Below, piece by piece: positions 13,950 to 28,500 of a stretch of 64,000 nt of DNA. The notes under the pieces were generated by a model that saw only the letters and a program-made list of their open reading frames with translations, made no database searches and was not told the DNA's origin. The first letter of the stretch is position 1. The number at the start of each line of letters is the position of its first letter. This DNA comes from Cycas panzhihuaensis. Taxonomy: Eukaryota; Plantae; Cycadophyta. The stretch lies in contig CM041465.1 of the NCBI GenBank assembly GCA_023213395.1, forward strand, positions 170,321,741-170,385,740, read 5' to 3'. Made by a program: the position numbers and the translations under genes.

Positions 13950-15165
13950 TGATCTGAATCTTGAATGGGAAAGTGAAAACTTTAACCAATTGAAACAAAA
14001 TCCAGAACAATATACATATTATTAAATATAATTTAAAATTTCTAGAATTTTCTTACAAAAACCCCTTTGTTTGTGCTCTGTTGAGCATACAATGGACTGC
14101 TGCAACGTTTTGGGAGAGAGAGAATGAGAGCTGGGCGCTTCTTGAGCTGCTGCTCATTTGCTGGAACCTCCATCTCGAAGTCTGCGAAGCCGTTTTTGGT
14201 TTTCTGTACCAAAAACCTCGTTTTTGGTGAGGAAGACTGGCTAGCGTCTCTTCTGGGACTGCTGTACTTTACTATCTTCTCTTCTGGACTACGGCTGCGA
14301 TTTTCTAGGCTCCTTCCAGATCCCCGCAACAAGTTTCTTCTACTGCGTTTTCCGTCTTTTATCTCCCAACGCAGATTTTACTCTTGGAGTCGTTCTCTTT
14401 CCAGAAAATGATTTTTCTTGGAGATTTCTTGAATCTTTCTCTGTCTTTGCATCTAGAATCATGGCGTCCTCTCTTTCGTGTCAAGAATCTCTGTCTTGAT
14501 CCCCCAGATTCCTCTCTCGAATTTCGCTTAAAAGCGTTTCCATTTGAGAGAGTTATTCCCGTTTTCGCTTTCTCCGTTTTCTAATGGTTTTCAAAACGGT
14601 TTAGAAAATCTTGGGAAAATCCATTTATTTTAGAGTTTTCCCTCTTTGAATGAGTAGAGGACACGTGTGTGCACCTTCTCCTCAAATTTCGTACAGTTCT
14701 GGATTTGAGCCGCCAAAACCATTCCGTTTTATTATTTTCTGTTTTTTGACTTCTGCAGTAGTAGCCATAGCATCGATGTGACTCTGTAGCACTCGATGGC
14801 AGTAGCAGCTCTGTAGCAGCTCCGTAGCAGCCTATAGCAGCTCTGTAGCAGCTCCGTAGCAGCCCATAGCAGCTCTGTAGCAACCGTAGCACTTGCGTAA
14901 CACCTTGGTAGCGCCTTGGTAGCAATTATAGCACCTTAATAGCACCTTGGTAGCAGTTGTAGCACTTTAATAGCAGCTCGGTAGCAGTTATAGCACCTTT
15001 TTACACTTGTAGAAATACAATGTTTTTACATTTTTAAACTTTTTAAAGGCATATTTCTACTAAATGGAGACTATTAAGCCTTTTTAAGGCAATTTCCTAC
15101 TACATAAAGACCATTTACATGAAAAATAAAGTATTTGGAGCATTTTAAAGATCTGAAACGGATCA
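13950..15165 (-). repeat. 5' LTR of the gypsy element (1216 bp) with a 10-11-bp GTAGCAGCTC(T/C) tandem array at ~14800-14890
   Basis: Direct repeat of 8758-9935, followed on the minus strand by the PBS. Confidence 0.95.
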
Positions 15166-17196
15166 ATATGTCCTTCAAAAAATCAAAACAATATTGAAAA
15201 ATAATTAAGAACCCTTTTATTTAGTCATTAGTTACATATTTATTTCCATGTAACCATCCTCTATGGCTCTAAGTGCTAGAATGCATTTTAACACTTTATT
15301 CAATATAATTAAATACAAATTAAATATTATAAATAAATAATTATTTTTAAAAATAATTCCAACAACACTCGAAATAGTGTTTTTAATTACATTTTGATAT
15401 ACAACAATTTCAATGTTTAAATCAAATCCATTCATCTAATCAACTAATTTGATTGGGCAAACTATATATTTTCTATAGGTGTCAATGATCCAAGTTACAC
15501 CTCATATCATCTTTGTAAAATGTGGTGTTATAATGATTTTTCTTCTTTAATGCATTTAATGTCCAAGAACCACCCTTAATTTCAAGCCCATCATACATTT
15601 AATTTGCATTCTTCAACAACAATAGTGACAATGAGAATACTCTCTATTTGGTGGTTAACATATAGTGTTTGTTTAGACTACTCACATCTTTGATGGCACC
15701 CTTACTTTGCAAAGTCTATACCCACTATTTTTGCAATCTTTGCCCAAGTTTGATAAAGCTTTATGTGTCACTAAATAACCCTCTTTTTAGTGTATTCACC
15801 CTAGTGCATTTATGAATAGTAGTTCCTTGCCCATCTTATCTACACATTCACCAACTTAGATCTTCATTATAGTTAAACCCATGTCTATTGGGTTTTGTAT
15901 TTATGTTTATGGTCTATGTGTAGGGATAAACTCCTAATGATAGGTGTAGTGATTTCTTTCAATTAGGCATTCATTTGCTATGGCATGTACATCTTCAAAA
16001 GGGCGATGACTGATATGGGTGACTCATAATAGCAAGAATGACATATAATAGTATGCAAATATTTTGGCAGATGGTTCTAAAAAGTGACCCAATAAATTAA
16101 ATTCTTTATCAAATAAACCATACTTCTCATCATTCACTTAGCAACGATGATTATTTTGATAGGAAAATCTACATATGATTCAAACATTTGTAACACAAAG
16201 CCAACAACATTCTTCCTCATACTTCACTTAAGAGAGAATGATAATGATTCTTCATCTAAAATGTCAAAATGAATAATAGATATACTCAGGTGTGTAAACT
16301 TGATCACACTTATCGATTGAATACCTAACACACTACTAGTTTTCTTTGATAACCTAAATTGTCAGCAAACCATAAGCATGCTTGTGATCTATAATACTAT
16401 GGGATTCATTCAGTTCATAGGGCACCCGTCATTCTAATCTGAAATACATCTCCATAAGACAAGAGATTGAAACATTGATGGCAATATTATAAAATAAAAA
16501 ATTCACATTTCATACATACCTTCAAACCCTCATATGTCTAAACATTTAAATACTTTCATCAATTGGATACCCTTAACATATTACTTGTAGAACTCTTCAA
16601 AGCCATCAAAACACATTACATGTTTATCTTTTAACTAATATAATACTGGCTTTAATCACTCTTTATTTTACTCTCATAGGGTTGTCAATCCTGCTTGGGC
16701 AATCTCTTTTTGTGAATATACTCCATAACCCTACATGTTATATATAGGGATCCCACTTGAATATTAACTATCCACAATAAAAATAAATAATATTTCTACC
16801 AATTTTTAATGTGCCTCTTCAACATCTTTAGCTTGCCCCATTCTATAGTCATATCTTCTCAACATAACCTTTTTAGAATTATTGATTGAAGTTTCCTTCA
16901 TGAGGTCTCTTTAATCTTGTAAACTAAACCTTATCTTACTCTAATTTGCTTCATAAGATCGATCACACTACCCTACTTTGATATTGTATTGAAATATAAT
17001 AGAACAACTTTGATACCATGTTGAAATATGGTATTAATGGACATATGAGTATAGAATGAAACACATATACATGAGGTGATAAAAGATATAAATAATAAAT
17101 GAATAAAAGAATTAAGTATGTACAAACACATAAAATAATAAAGCTTGTAGAAAATGATCATCTCTAATTATTGCATTAAGTATGAATACATACTTA

Positions 17197-19500
17197 TGTT
17201 GGATAATGTTAATGCATATAAATATATAATTAATATAAATTAATGTGGTTATCCTTTAATGTATACTAAGGGGTCATAGTGTGCATACGTTTTCATTGTA
17301 ATTAGGCATTAGTTGACTAAGTGGCTCCTATAATGTGATTGAACAACTAGGTGGTGATATGTACTATATATTTGTGTTGGTTTAGCATAATATAATTGAA
17401 AGTGATAATTTCCTATAAGTATATTATATTATGTGTTCGTATACATTCTTTTATTTATTGTGCATATGCATATATTTATTTCATAGTTTTGTTAGTTCTT
17501 AGACTTATGTATGGGCATTTAGTTTCTATGAATGGTATTAGAGTATGTTTTGTTCACCCATATTTTTTTCAATTAGTCTCAAAGCTAAGGTTTTAGTTCT
17601 ATGGTGAGCATATCAAAGTTTTAGTCCAAGTTTATTTTTGACCCAAGTTAGGTTGTAAGACTATGAGTATATCCACCTATCAAGGATTTATTCTAAACTT
17701 ATTTTAAGAATGCCTATTTATGACCAATGAAGAGGGTAGTTTATATATTTGGAAGGTGAAGTTCTATTGTAAGTTGTTGATGGTTTTGAACCGTAGTTAT
17801 GCAGGGCACTTGGAAACATGTTAGTGTCATGAGCCTAAAACATGTTGGTGCCCATGCGATATAAATCCAGATTGAAGCATAGGTATTATGGTTATCTCAA
17901 ATCCCATAAAGGTTTATCGCATGTTTAATTTGTTATTAGACTAGTTATTTGCATGTTTTGTTAGTATACATATAGGTGTTATACGTGAGTCCAAGATCAA
18001 GGCTTTAGATATAGGCATGATCACCCTTTGAAGCCAGTGTTGTGGTAGATTGGCCATGATTTTTCCCTTTGTCATGAAGTGGTACCATGATTGAAGAGGG
18101 TTTTATAGCATGTTGAGAGCGATAGATAATTCATTGGCATGTGTAAAGAAAACTAGCATATTTGGGGCTTGGTGCAGATCTTATTGATACATTGAGAGCC
18201 TATACGTGAAAAGGCATGGTTGGTAAGTTGTGTATGTGTAATAAGAAGCAAGTTATTAGGGTTTATTGGACACATCACCCCATCAACAAGTTAAAGGATT
18301 TATTGGTGATTATTTGATGGTAAAATATTATGTAAATCTTAATTCACTCCCCTATTTCTAATCTATAATAGAGATAGATAAGGTTTATGATGGAAAATTG
18401 ATAGATATAAGTTGTGGACAAACATGATAGGCTACTGTGAGATCTATAGTAGTGTACCAGTAAAGCAGTAAAGATGCATTAAATTATTGTTGAATAATTA
18501 GTGAAGTTTGTTAATCCCCTAATTTAGTCACATGGGTGTGTGATCGGGGGCCAAAACATAAAGGTAATTTTTAAATTTTTGAGTTTTTTTTCACTGAAGG
18601 TGTACTTATGCTTATAAAAATGGTCATAACTCCATCATACAACATCAAAATTGAGTGTCCTCAGTTGCATTATAAAGCTAACTAGTAGGGATTTCCAACA
18701 ATTAGTCACATGATATGCTTTGAAATTTTTTCAAGGTGGTTTTAATGGTATAAGGTTTGGACATTGAGTTGACAAGGTATTAAAACGAAGCCTAAGATCA
18801 AAAAAAGAGATGTTTTGTCATATGGTTCTACTTGGATAACCATTTTTGTATGTTTATTCCATGGTGCAAGGGATGGGACTAAGGGTTTTCAACTAAGTTT
18901 GTCTCCTCAAGGTGTAGGAGAACCGGAAATAAGAGAAGTGGAAGCAAGTAAAGATTACTTAATAGAAAAATGTAAGTGAACCATGTACAAAAATGCCACT
19001 CTATAGTATTGACGGGTATAATAATTGGCTACCCATATGCTTGGGTAGATGTTTAGTTTTTATATAAACACAACATCAAGATTTGAAGTAATTATGTGAT
19101 ATGGTTTAGCATTAAGAGGGGAATGTTGGGTAATGTTAACTCACGTGAATATCTAATTGATGTAAATCAATGTGGTTATCCCTTTAATATGTACTAGGAG
19201 GTCATAATGTACATGTTTCTTCATTGTAATTATTCATTGGTTAACTAAGTGGCTCCTAGAATGTGATTGGACAACTAAGTGGTGATATGTATTATATATA
19301 TACATTGTTTTGGTATAATACAATTGGAAGTGATAATTTCACACAAGTATATTTTGTTAAATATTTGTACTCTTTTTTTTCATTTATCATTTACCTATAT
19401 GCCTTTATTTCATAGTCTTGTTAGGTCTTGGACCTGTGTATGGTCATTTAGTTTCTATGAGTGGTATTAAAGTATGCTTTATTTGCACACATTTCTATCA
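17197..19500 (+). mobile_element. Short non-autonomous LTR element (2.3 kb; LTRs 17197-17571 and 19124-19500) inserted in another element's LTR
   Basis: Perfect TSD ACTTA (17192-17196, 19501-19505). TGTTGG...TCA ends. PPT AAGAGGGGAA at 19114-19123. No recognisable pol in the 1.55-kb interior. Confidence 0.88.
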
Positions 19501-22500
19501 ACTTATAGTACATAGTCACCTCATAGTTGTCCAATCACATGAGAAATTTATTATAACCACCACTAAGATGATACATGGATATATGTGCATATGCACATAC
19601 TGTAATAACACTAGTTTAATATTACATAAATGAGTTAGGGGGGCACCTTAACATTAACATTAACCCAACATTAAACATTACTTCTAACAAAATTTCCCTA
19701 AAGCTAGAGCACATGATAGAAACATTAGAGTAATAGTGGTTCACTTTTCGCTCAATCCCTTAGACTATATCTTACACATAAAACTTTTCTGAAATATAAA
19801 ATCTATGATTTACTATTGTTATGATTTTTTATTCCATGTTGCAATCTGTTAATCATTGTTGCAATATATTTCATAACTTCACACTTTAATCATTTTTTAG
19901 AATAAAATCGAAGATGCCATACCACATATGGATCCTTGCTAGATCAATCTTATTGGACTACCTTACTATGTAGTCTACATATTAATAATCTTACATGTGT
20001 TCACATTTCCTGCTTATCTCAATGGGTTGTATGTTTCATACCATATAATACCCATCAATAATGAGAATGTGAATCCATACGCTATAAGCATTACTTGATT
20101 TACATCCAAGGATGACCAAAGGGGAATCCTCAACCCTTATACACAAAATAACTAGAACATAGGGGTATCCTTGACCCTATCTCAAATTGTAACTTAACAC
20201 AAAATAATTAGAGCATAAGGAATCGTTAACCCTATCTCAAACTATAAATTTTAACACTTATAAATTAGTGTAATGAGATAAAGCAATAATCTCAACATCT
20301 ATTCATGACACAATCTAATTATATCCCTTCAAAAGATAGGAGTGGTCACTACCATAATTATTAATCAATTTGGATAATTGCCTCTAAAACTAGTATTCTA
20401 AGGTTATAGAATTCTTATACAAGCTAATTAATAGAAGCCAAACTTCAAACTGATAAGCCATTATTTCCCAAACTATGAAAAATCTTAAATTAGTTGGTTC
20501 TCAAATCACAAATCTTAAACATAAAACCAAACTACTATTTTGACATCTTTTATCCATACAACAACCTATACTCCTAAATAAAATCAAATTTCTTGATCAA
20601 ATTATTTTCTACTAATCACATAATCAGACTCTAACTCTCTATGTTCCTTGCATTCTCCTAGATCTTCTCCACTTACAATCTATCTTGACTCATTCTCTAT
20701 CTCTTTATTTCTTGTATCTTTGTTATTTAGACTTTTCCTTCTCTTTTATAGAGTCGCTTCATTGCTAATAAATGTCATTAAACCTAGGTGTCAAAATTTT
20801 GAACTATAATAGCTACAAACTACTTTTAGTTATTATTGTTTGAAGTGGTTATTAGTTGACCACTATGTCCAAATTACTAAGAACATCTCTACATAATGTG
20901 TATCTTAATCACCTTTACTTTCCACATGTGCAAGCATATTTATTGTGACTTTAATGAGGCTAGTCCAATGTGATTCATTCATTAATAAGAAAATAACAAG
21001 TTAAACTATGCAAGTTAGTCATTTGCTTATCTTCAGAACCTTTAATGTGGTCATTCAATTATAAATATTCATTCATGAGATTACAAAGAAAATCCTCTCT
21101 GTGTTACCCACACATCATTTCATTTGTAAAATGGCTAAAAGTCCTTTACTCAGAAAATTTGACACATCAATCGACTGAATTTTATACCAAATTGAATCCA
21201 TAAAAATTTCTACATCTATTACCTACTCTCACATTTATATATCCCTTCTATTCCTTCTTCATTAATATCATATGCTCCCTTATTTATACTACTCATCTAA
21301 GTAATCTGATTGGCTTTTGTACTAAGCAAGCCACAACAAAATAACAATTACGTGATTCAAGTTGTTAAAGGACAAGTCCAACACCTTGTAACATGACACA
21401 ATATAGATATGCTAACTACTCTAATGAACTAAAAATAGTGCATACCCTTACCTGGTGGAGCATAGAATAAGCTTCCACCTTACATAAGGTGAGCAAGACA
21501 ATGAAACAAAAAGAATTTATATTCAAGCAACTATGAGATAAAAAGAACTTTATATACATACATGGCATAAGAAGCAACTTGTTCAAGATATAATAGAAGG
21601 TTAAATCAATTTAGGGTTGGGTCCTTACAAGAACCACTCTAGTAATGTTAGAGCCAAGTATAAAAGTAGGAGAGGAATATAGAGGGACAAGGGCGATGCC
21701 TTAGAAAGTAGCCCCTGACTACTCCTAAAGAAGTGGGATGCCCATATAGAATATGAATGTGGGATAGACAATGCACCCTAAGAAAGGGCCCTTAAGGTAG
21801 CATACCCCTTAATGAGTTTTTTTAGAGTGGGAATAGACTTTGGATATGGTTCTACCCCATAATAAATGGGAGCAATAGTCACTTGAGACACATCTAGTAG
21901 ATGGGAAAGTGGTAATGAGGACTTTGGGGTAGTGGGTTTAGATTCATGCTAGAATGCAATATCATTGAGTTTAATAACCCCAATGATATGGGATGGAAAA
22001 CCAACAAGATTTGTATAGTCCAAATGGAGGTCATGTGATATATGGACTCTCTTTACTAACTTTAATAGATCTTGTTTAGGATTGTATAAATATCCAAGAG
22101 GGGGAAACTCAAACTCCTAGGAAATAATACTCCCTTGGCCCCATGGAGTGCTATGGGAAAACCCATGATCTATCATATCTTCTAACTCAAAGACCTAAGG
22201 ACTAGGGGTGTTATGGATGAAAATGTCCAAGGAAGGTTAACCTTGCAACCTTTGAGAGGATGAAGGCATACATTAGGTAATTATCCAAGGATAAAGTGGA
22301 ATGGATGGGTCTAAATAAGAGGTTATAACCCGTAAGTCTAGACTAGGTATGGATGGTGAGAAATATTTGTAATCCCTAACTTGTCCTATAAAAAAGGATA
22401 GCTCTCATGTGGAAATCTATGATGTGAAATGGAAATGTTTATTTAGTGCAAAGTTGACTCATGCTACTAGGTCTCTAGTATGGTCACCAAAAGTCTAACC

Positions 22501-25500
22501 TAAAGGGGAGGGGTGGACCTACTGAATTTGACCCAAGACCTAAGGTTAAAGGCCAAAGTCAATAAAGGAATTCCCAATGGCCTCTCTCTAGACACTATGT
22601 GCCTCACATGTATAAATGTAAGTGTAAAGATCCTATAAGAGAAGGATTTAGTGTGCAAGCTAAAGAAGTGTGAAGAAGCATTGAAAGTAAATGAGATTAA
22701 TGATCTACAAATTTTGGAGTTAAGAAATATGGTCGAATATAAATCAAGTATATTTTGTAGATCAAGCAAAAAACTAGCTCAAAAGTTCCTCTTAGAAGAG
22801 GCATACAACACTAAAAAAGAACTCCTAAAAGCTAGGAGGGTTGTTAAGGCATGAATGCTCCAATGTCATCCCGATCCTATGATCCTACTTAATATCTAAT
22901 CCCCCAAAGGTAGTAACATCTCATAATCCTACCCAACTAATAGACATATATGTAAACTCAATTGGAATAGCAAGAAGGGGATTGTGGATGGAAAGATATT
23001 GTGTAGAGTAGGATCTTGGAATTATAGACTTCAATTAAACAATTAAATGTATGAAGCCTTAGAGTACCAACCCCACCCTATGTATATGTGGGGCAAAAAC
23101 ATTGCTCATATAAGACTCCACACATTCTAATACACCCAAGGGAGAATGGAGATGAGAAAAATTACTCTCAATAGGGCATATAGTGTTCAATCAACTTTCT
23201 TGACTACATGTAATTAGGATAGTTTCTCACCACTAGCTTATTCAAAACATAACGAGACTTGACCCTTGCTTTGAGTGTAAGACTAGTACAATAATTAATG
23301 ATGAAATCCAGCTCGTGTAGCTAGTCTCTCCTCTAGCTAGGTGATACCCTATCCATAAGAGTACTAGAGAATGAACAACACACTCCTAAAATGCAACTAG
23401 TATGTGATTTTATTTTCATGTAGACAACAAAGAAATCTAACTGATGCTAAAATTATGCCTAGAGGTTCAAGGACTCACAACAATGTATAAAAATTCTCTT
23501 TCATACCATGGGTTTCTAATACAAGCATAACTCCATCTAAACCTTGTTCCTTTTTATTTTTCTATTCATTTTTTTAATTTGATGAATTAATAGAGAGGAT
23601 ATAAGAGTCTATTGTTTGGCATGTGCTATGCCTTCTCCTTTCTCTTTTGATCATCTCTTATCTTAATGAACTCTTGGTAGCATTACTGATATGCCTAGAA
23701 GAGATCTCATGAAAATACAAGTAGTGTATCTACCAAAACCTATAACAAATAAGTGAAACAAGTAAGAACATACAATACAATAAAGCCACAAGACACATGA
23801 AGCTTACTCAATAAAGATTAATATTAAAACTATTAAATAAATAGAAATTCTAGCAACATTTTAGCTACACAGGGGGAATTTCAAACAAGAACTACAAGTG
23901 GAATTCACTAAGCATCATTGTGTAACAAAAGGATCTATAATAAAATCAATTTAAAAGTGATTAAATGTCAAAAATTCAAGTAGCTTAATGGTTATACCTA
24001 GAGAATTTCTGAGAAACAAACCATATGACATGTTAAATCTTATGAAGGAAGATATAAGATGCTATGAAATCAAGAGCGGAAACCTAAGCAATCACTACAA
24101 AGTGTAAAAGGAAGTGCTAAAGGTATGCACTAGAAGCATGATAAATCAACTTTGTAAGTGATGCATCGAGCCTCTCAAATTGTAATAGTTAAACTTTCAA
24201 ATTTATTACATCAAACCTATAGTAAATAATAAAACATATCTACCTACATGCATGCATGTCAAAAACTAGAAGCAACATATGAAATTCAATAAAAAATATC
24301 AAATTTGCAATAATAAAATCATCAAAATCATTTCCAATATGAGAAAAATCCTAAAAGCCCTGAGATGGAAATATATGTTTCCATTAAAGTCTCTGATAAT
24401 GGAAGCACAATATAATGATAAGAAGCATCCAATAAACCACCTAAAATCCTATTGTAGCAAGTTTGATATGTGTGCTTCCAAACATAATGGTTTGCCCAAT
24501 GTTATAAGTGTTTCTAAGTGAAAAAAAGTGATTTAGGGTTTCAAACATTTCTTATGAAAAGTAATAAATTTTGTTGCAAATGATCCCAACAATGTATGTG
24601 GTGAATTGTAATAGTTTCCAATAGATTATGAGTTGAGTTGCAACTATATCCAATAAGTTATGGGTTGAGTTGCAATTGTTTCCAGTAGAACTTAGTTTTT
24701 AATGCAATGTTTCAAAATGTTTCTAACAAGGAATATGAATTAGGATTTGAATTATTTCTTAGAAGGAATTTGATTTTTGTTGCATATGATGTTGTGAATT
24801 AAATTTATTGTATTAATTTACATGATGAAGCATTAGTTTCAACAATCAACTTGCTTCAGTTTTAAAGGTGCTTATATGTTTAATATTTATTTCAAGATGA
24901 AGTTTTAATTGGGCAAGTTTTGAACCATGATAGTAAAATAATAAACTAAGAGAAGGTGACAACAGGAAAAAAAAAAAAAGCAAATTAGAATGGAAAAAAC
25001 ATAGAAATTAAGAGATAAATGTATCTGCACAAGAGAAATGATCCTACTATTCAAGGTGAAAATAACTCCAAGTAGCGTTTGTAATCTCTCATAACTTTGT
25101 TCTCTATCTGTATTCAAAAACTTCCTCTCCATTGTCAAATTCTACATTGTATATGGATCATCATGTGAATGAAAAAAGTATGCTTTATTTCCCCCTTCGA
25201 ATCCTCACTGATCACTATTGCAAAAGATCTCAATTCCTGGTGTTTCTAATGAGAGTGCCTTCAATGAGAGGAAAATTGTATAGTATCAAACCCAAGATGC
25301 TAACATCACCTATCATTACCCCAAGAGATCTACTCCTAGTGCTTCCAATTAAAGGAAAATGGTGCAAAATCAAACCCTACTTTGAAGTTGTGAAACTTGC
25401 TCACAGTGTAGTAAAAAAAAATGTACATGCTCATTTAATCAAACCATCTATATCAATATCTCCCATAGTCAATGAGAAACTAGGAAGCTAATTAAGTAGC

Positions 25501-28500
25501 ATTCCAACTATACATAACCCCACATGGAAGGCCAAGCCAAAACAATAATGCCATTGACTAAATAAAGAGATCAATAACCAAATGACCAAAGAAGCCATCA
25601 ATCGAGCCTATGAGTTGTATAGCTTCTAACTGGTGTTCATGAACATCCTTGTCATAAGCTTACGAGGTTGGCATATGTGGGAAGAAATAACAATGAAGGT
25701 GAATTTATTTTGTTGGATATCCTCTTATTGCATTTGGTAATATAATGTCAAGGACAATTCATTTAGCCTATGCTAATCATAAGAAGGGCACTTCCAACAA
25801 AGATACTAAACTAAAATCCACTTCAAATTATGTCTTCATAGACCTTCATTCCATGTTTCAAAGCTACTAAGTTAGCACATGTAGGGAGAACACTACCAAA
25901 GCTACATTATTCAGTTGGATGCTCATTCGTTGCATTTAGTAAATAGCGTTAAGTATTAAACCTTATGTTTACATGTTAAGTATGTACTTTATTCACTTTA
26001 TTCTTTCATTCATTATTTGTACTTTATGGGGTGACTTATCACTTAAGTGATAAAGTGCATACCCACATTCTTTCTAGTGACACATCATTGCCACTAAATG
26101 GTCAAATGGACCCTTATGCATCTTTGCTTACTTGAGAGCCCAAAAGGACATATGTCTTTCATGCATGGCATATAAGACATGCATTGCATGTAGCTTGGAT
26201 GTTTGCCACTTGTGAAATATCCAATGTGGTTAGGTCTCTTTAATTTCTCTATATATTAAGACCTCTTCTCATGTCTCACATGAAGAATTGAAGTTGTAAT
26301 GTTATGCTATCAGTTTATTAATCAACTAGTATTCCTTTAGAGATTGGACTAATTTCATCTCCTCCCAAATTTGGTATCATCTTACTCTTTGGACTTTGAT
26401 CTTGCTTATCTTTTATTTTCATTTCTCTTGCTAGTTATCCTCTTATGCTTTCTAGAACTAGAGTGAATTATCTTCATGATTTTTGGTATCATAGGCCTTA
26501 AGCATTCTCAACCTTTGGCATTCTCAACATTTGGTATTAGAGATAGAGTAGACTGATTCCCTCTATTCTGATTTCTTCTTCAAGGGAGATTAAGAGTGGG
26601 TTTTACAAACCCTTGGTGATAACCTTTGCTCTCCGAAGGTGATCCAAGGTTGTCTAAACCTACCATTGAAAATCAAAGAATTTTTTAGAGCATTTTAAAG
26701 GCTGGAGCTCATTATTCTTAGATCTAAAATTTTTTCAAATCTTCTTCAAGGGTTTTGAGCTAATTTACTTATGTTTTCTTCCATTTGTTTTCACTAAAAA
26801 TTAGACTTTCAGCTAGTTCTTCTTGTAAATCAGGGTGCTAGAGTATTATGATGAATTTTCAATCTCATTGACTATGATTATTTGAAGTTTTAGCCTTCTT
26901 GCAAGATGTGGATCAAGTTCTGGGCATTTTCAACCCTCAAACCCCACTTGAAAAACACTAAATCACTGGTGCTAACTTTATCCAGCTTGTTCTTGGCTAC
27001 AAATCAGTCCTCAAGCTTATATTTATGATCTACAACTATTATCTAATGCTTTTAATCAGATATGAGTTGATTTATCACTATTCTTAGTGATTTTTACTTT
27101 AAAATTTAAGATTTTTTACTTATTTTATTTAAAGTAGGATGGCTATCTATATTCTAACACTGCATGCCGCTGTAGCAGATATCATTTAAGAGATTTAATG
27201 AGCACTTTATGGGTTTAAAACCCTGGATAGTCGTACAGCTCTCATTTTTCTCCTCTAAGACTCCCCTAAAATCTAGTCTCAATTAGCACATTATGGAGCA
27301 AGATCAATCACTCTAAGTGATCACATAGGCGTGTGAGTGACAACAAGTCAAAATTTATAAAATCTCATTGAAATTTTTCATTTTTGAACTTTAGTTTTAT
27401 AACTATACTTTATATAATTAAGAATATTCTTTATTACATATTCTAAAAAGTTCTAAAGTTCACCATTTTAAGTGTTTTTTAATCACTTTTTAAAGCCAAA
27501 CGTCAGTCCTTTTGAGTATTTTTAATCTTCTAACTCTTAATCTCTTCTGTATTAGTGTTAAAAAGATTAATTCAAGTGCTTTTTAGTGTTTATTCACATT
27601 AAAATGTGAAATGTTTTCCTCTTTTAAGCATTTTTTTCATTAAAGGCACCTTGCATGGTGACTTAATACTTATGATTTTTAAGGGAAAAAATCATCTTTT
27701 TTTACTTTTAAAAGTCAAAATTCTTCATTGATACAGTGACTTTATTAAATGTCTAATGTTTAGTCATTTTCTTATCATTAAAGACTAAAAGAACTTGTTT
27801 TAAAGTGCTCCCTAAGGCTACCTGTGAGGTGTCCTTGTCACTCAAGTTACAAAAGGATAAAATTCTAGCCTTTATTTTAGCATTTCAAGCTTTCTTTAAC
27901 CCTTATTTGATGTTGTGCAAGTGTTAAAAAGCTTTGTTAAAGTGATTTTTAAAGTGTTAGTACTTTGTAAAAGTGATATTTATCACTATATCATCATCTT
28001 CTCTAAGGCACCTTGCATGGTGACCTATTGCCCTTAGTCAAAAAGAAAAAGGGTTCAAGAACACTTTATCTTAATAAAATCACTTTATTTTTTTATCATT
28101 GGGACTATTTTAAAGTCCCAATACTTGGTGCTTAGTGTTTTCATTTCGCAAAGTGGCTTTCCTCTTTTCAAGCTTGAGCATTAAAAAGAACCCACTTGTA
28201 CCTTCATCACAAGGCATCACATTCCTTCATTGAGTACTTAACATTTTTTATGCTTCAAGTGCTTATTTCCTTCTCAAAACACATTGTGCTCAAGCATATT
28301 TAACTTGGTTTTGTTTAGCACTCTTTCATTTCATAAAGTGCTTTTGTAACAACATTTCTAAGTGTTCATTTGATGTGCTGAGTTACTTCCTTTGAAGCAT
28401 ATTCATTATAAGCTTGATCAAGCATTTTTTATAAGTATATCGTTCAAGTAAAATAAATCTTAAGTCCACTTTAATCCTCTAAAAGCGATTTTTAAAATTT

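Larger units (their letters stand above)
8758..15165 (-). mobile_element. Young Ty3/gypsy (chromovirus-like) LTR retrotransposon lacking the RT domain
   Basis: Perfect TSD ATATG (8753-8757, 15166-15170). LTRs 8758-9935 and 13950-15165 with TGATC...GATCA ends. PBS rc TGGTATCAAAGCTA at 13929-13942. Purine tract just inside 9936. Confidence 0.95.
7467..19689 (-). mobile_element. Old LTR element (3' LTR 7467-7893; 5' LTR 16987-19689 split by an insertion) hosting two nested elements
   Basis: Both LTRs start rc TGTTAGAAGTAATGTTTAAT. PPT at 7894-7903, degenerate PBS at 16973-16986. Near-TSD AAACT (7462-7466) / AAATT (19690-19694). The internal region is too decayed to assign domains. Confidence 0.75.

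Noticed and set aside
21360-23400. Possible Ogre/Tat gag region and LTR on the minus strand
   Set aside because: Composition is suggestive, but no LTR pair, TSD or unambiguous motif could be fixed.
25130-25950. Possible LINE-derived sequence / 119-aa ORF
   Set aside because: No convincing RT or endonuclease motif. Only a short similarity to 34420-34480 was noted.
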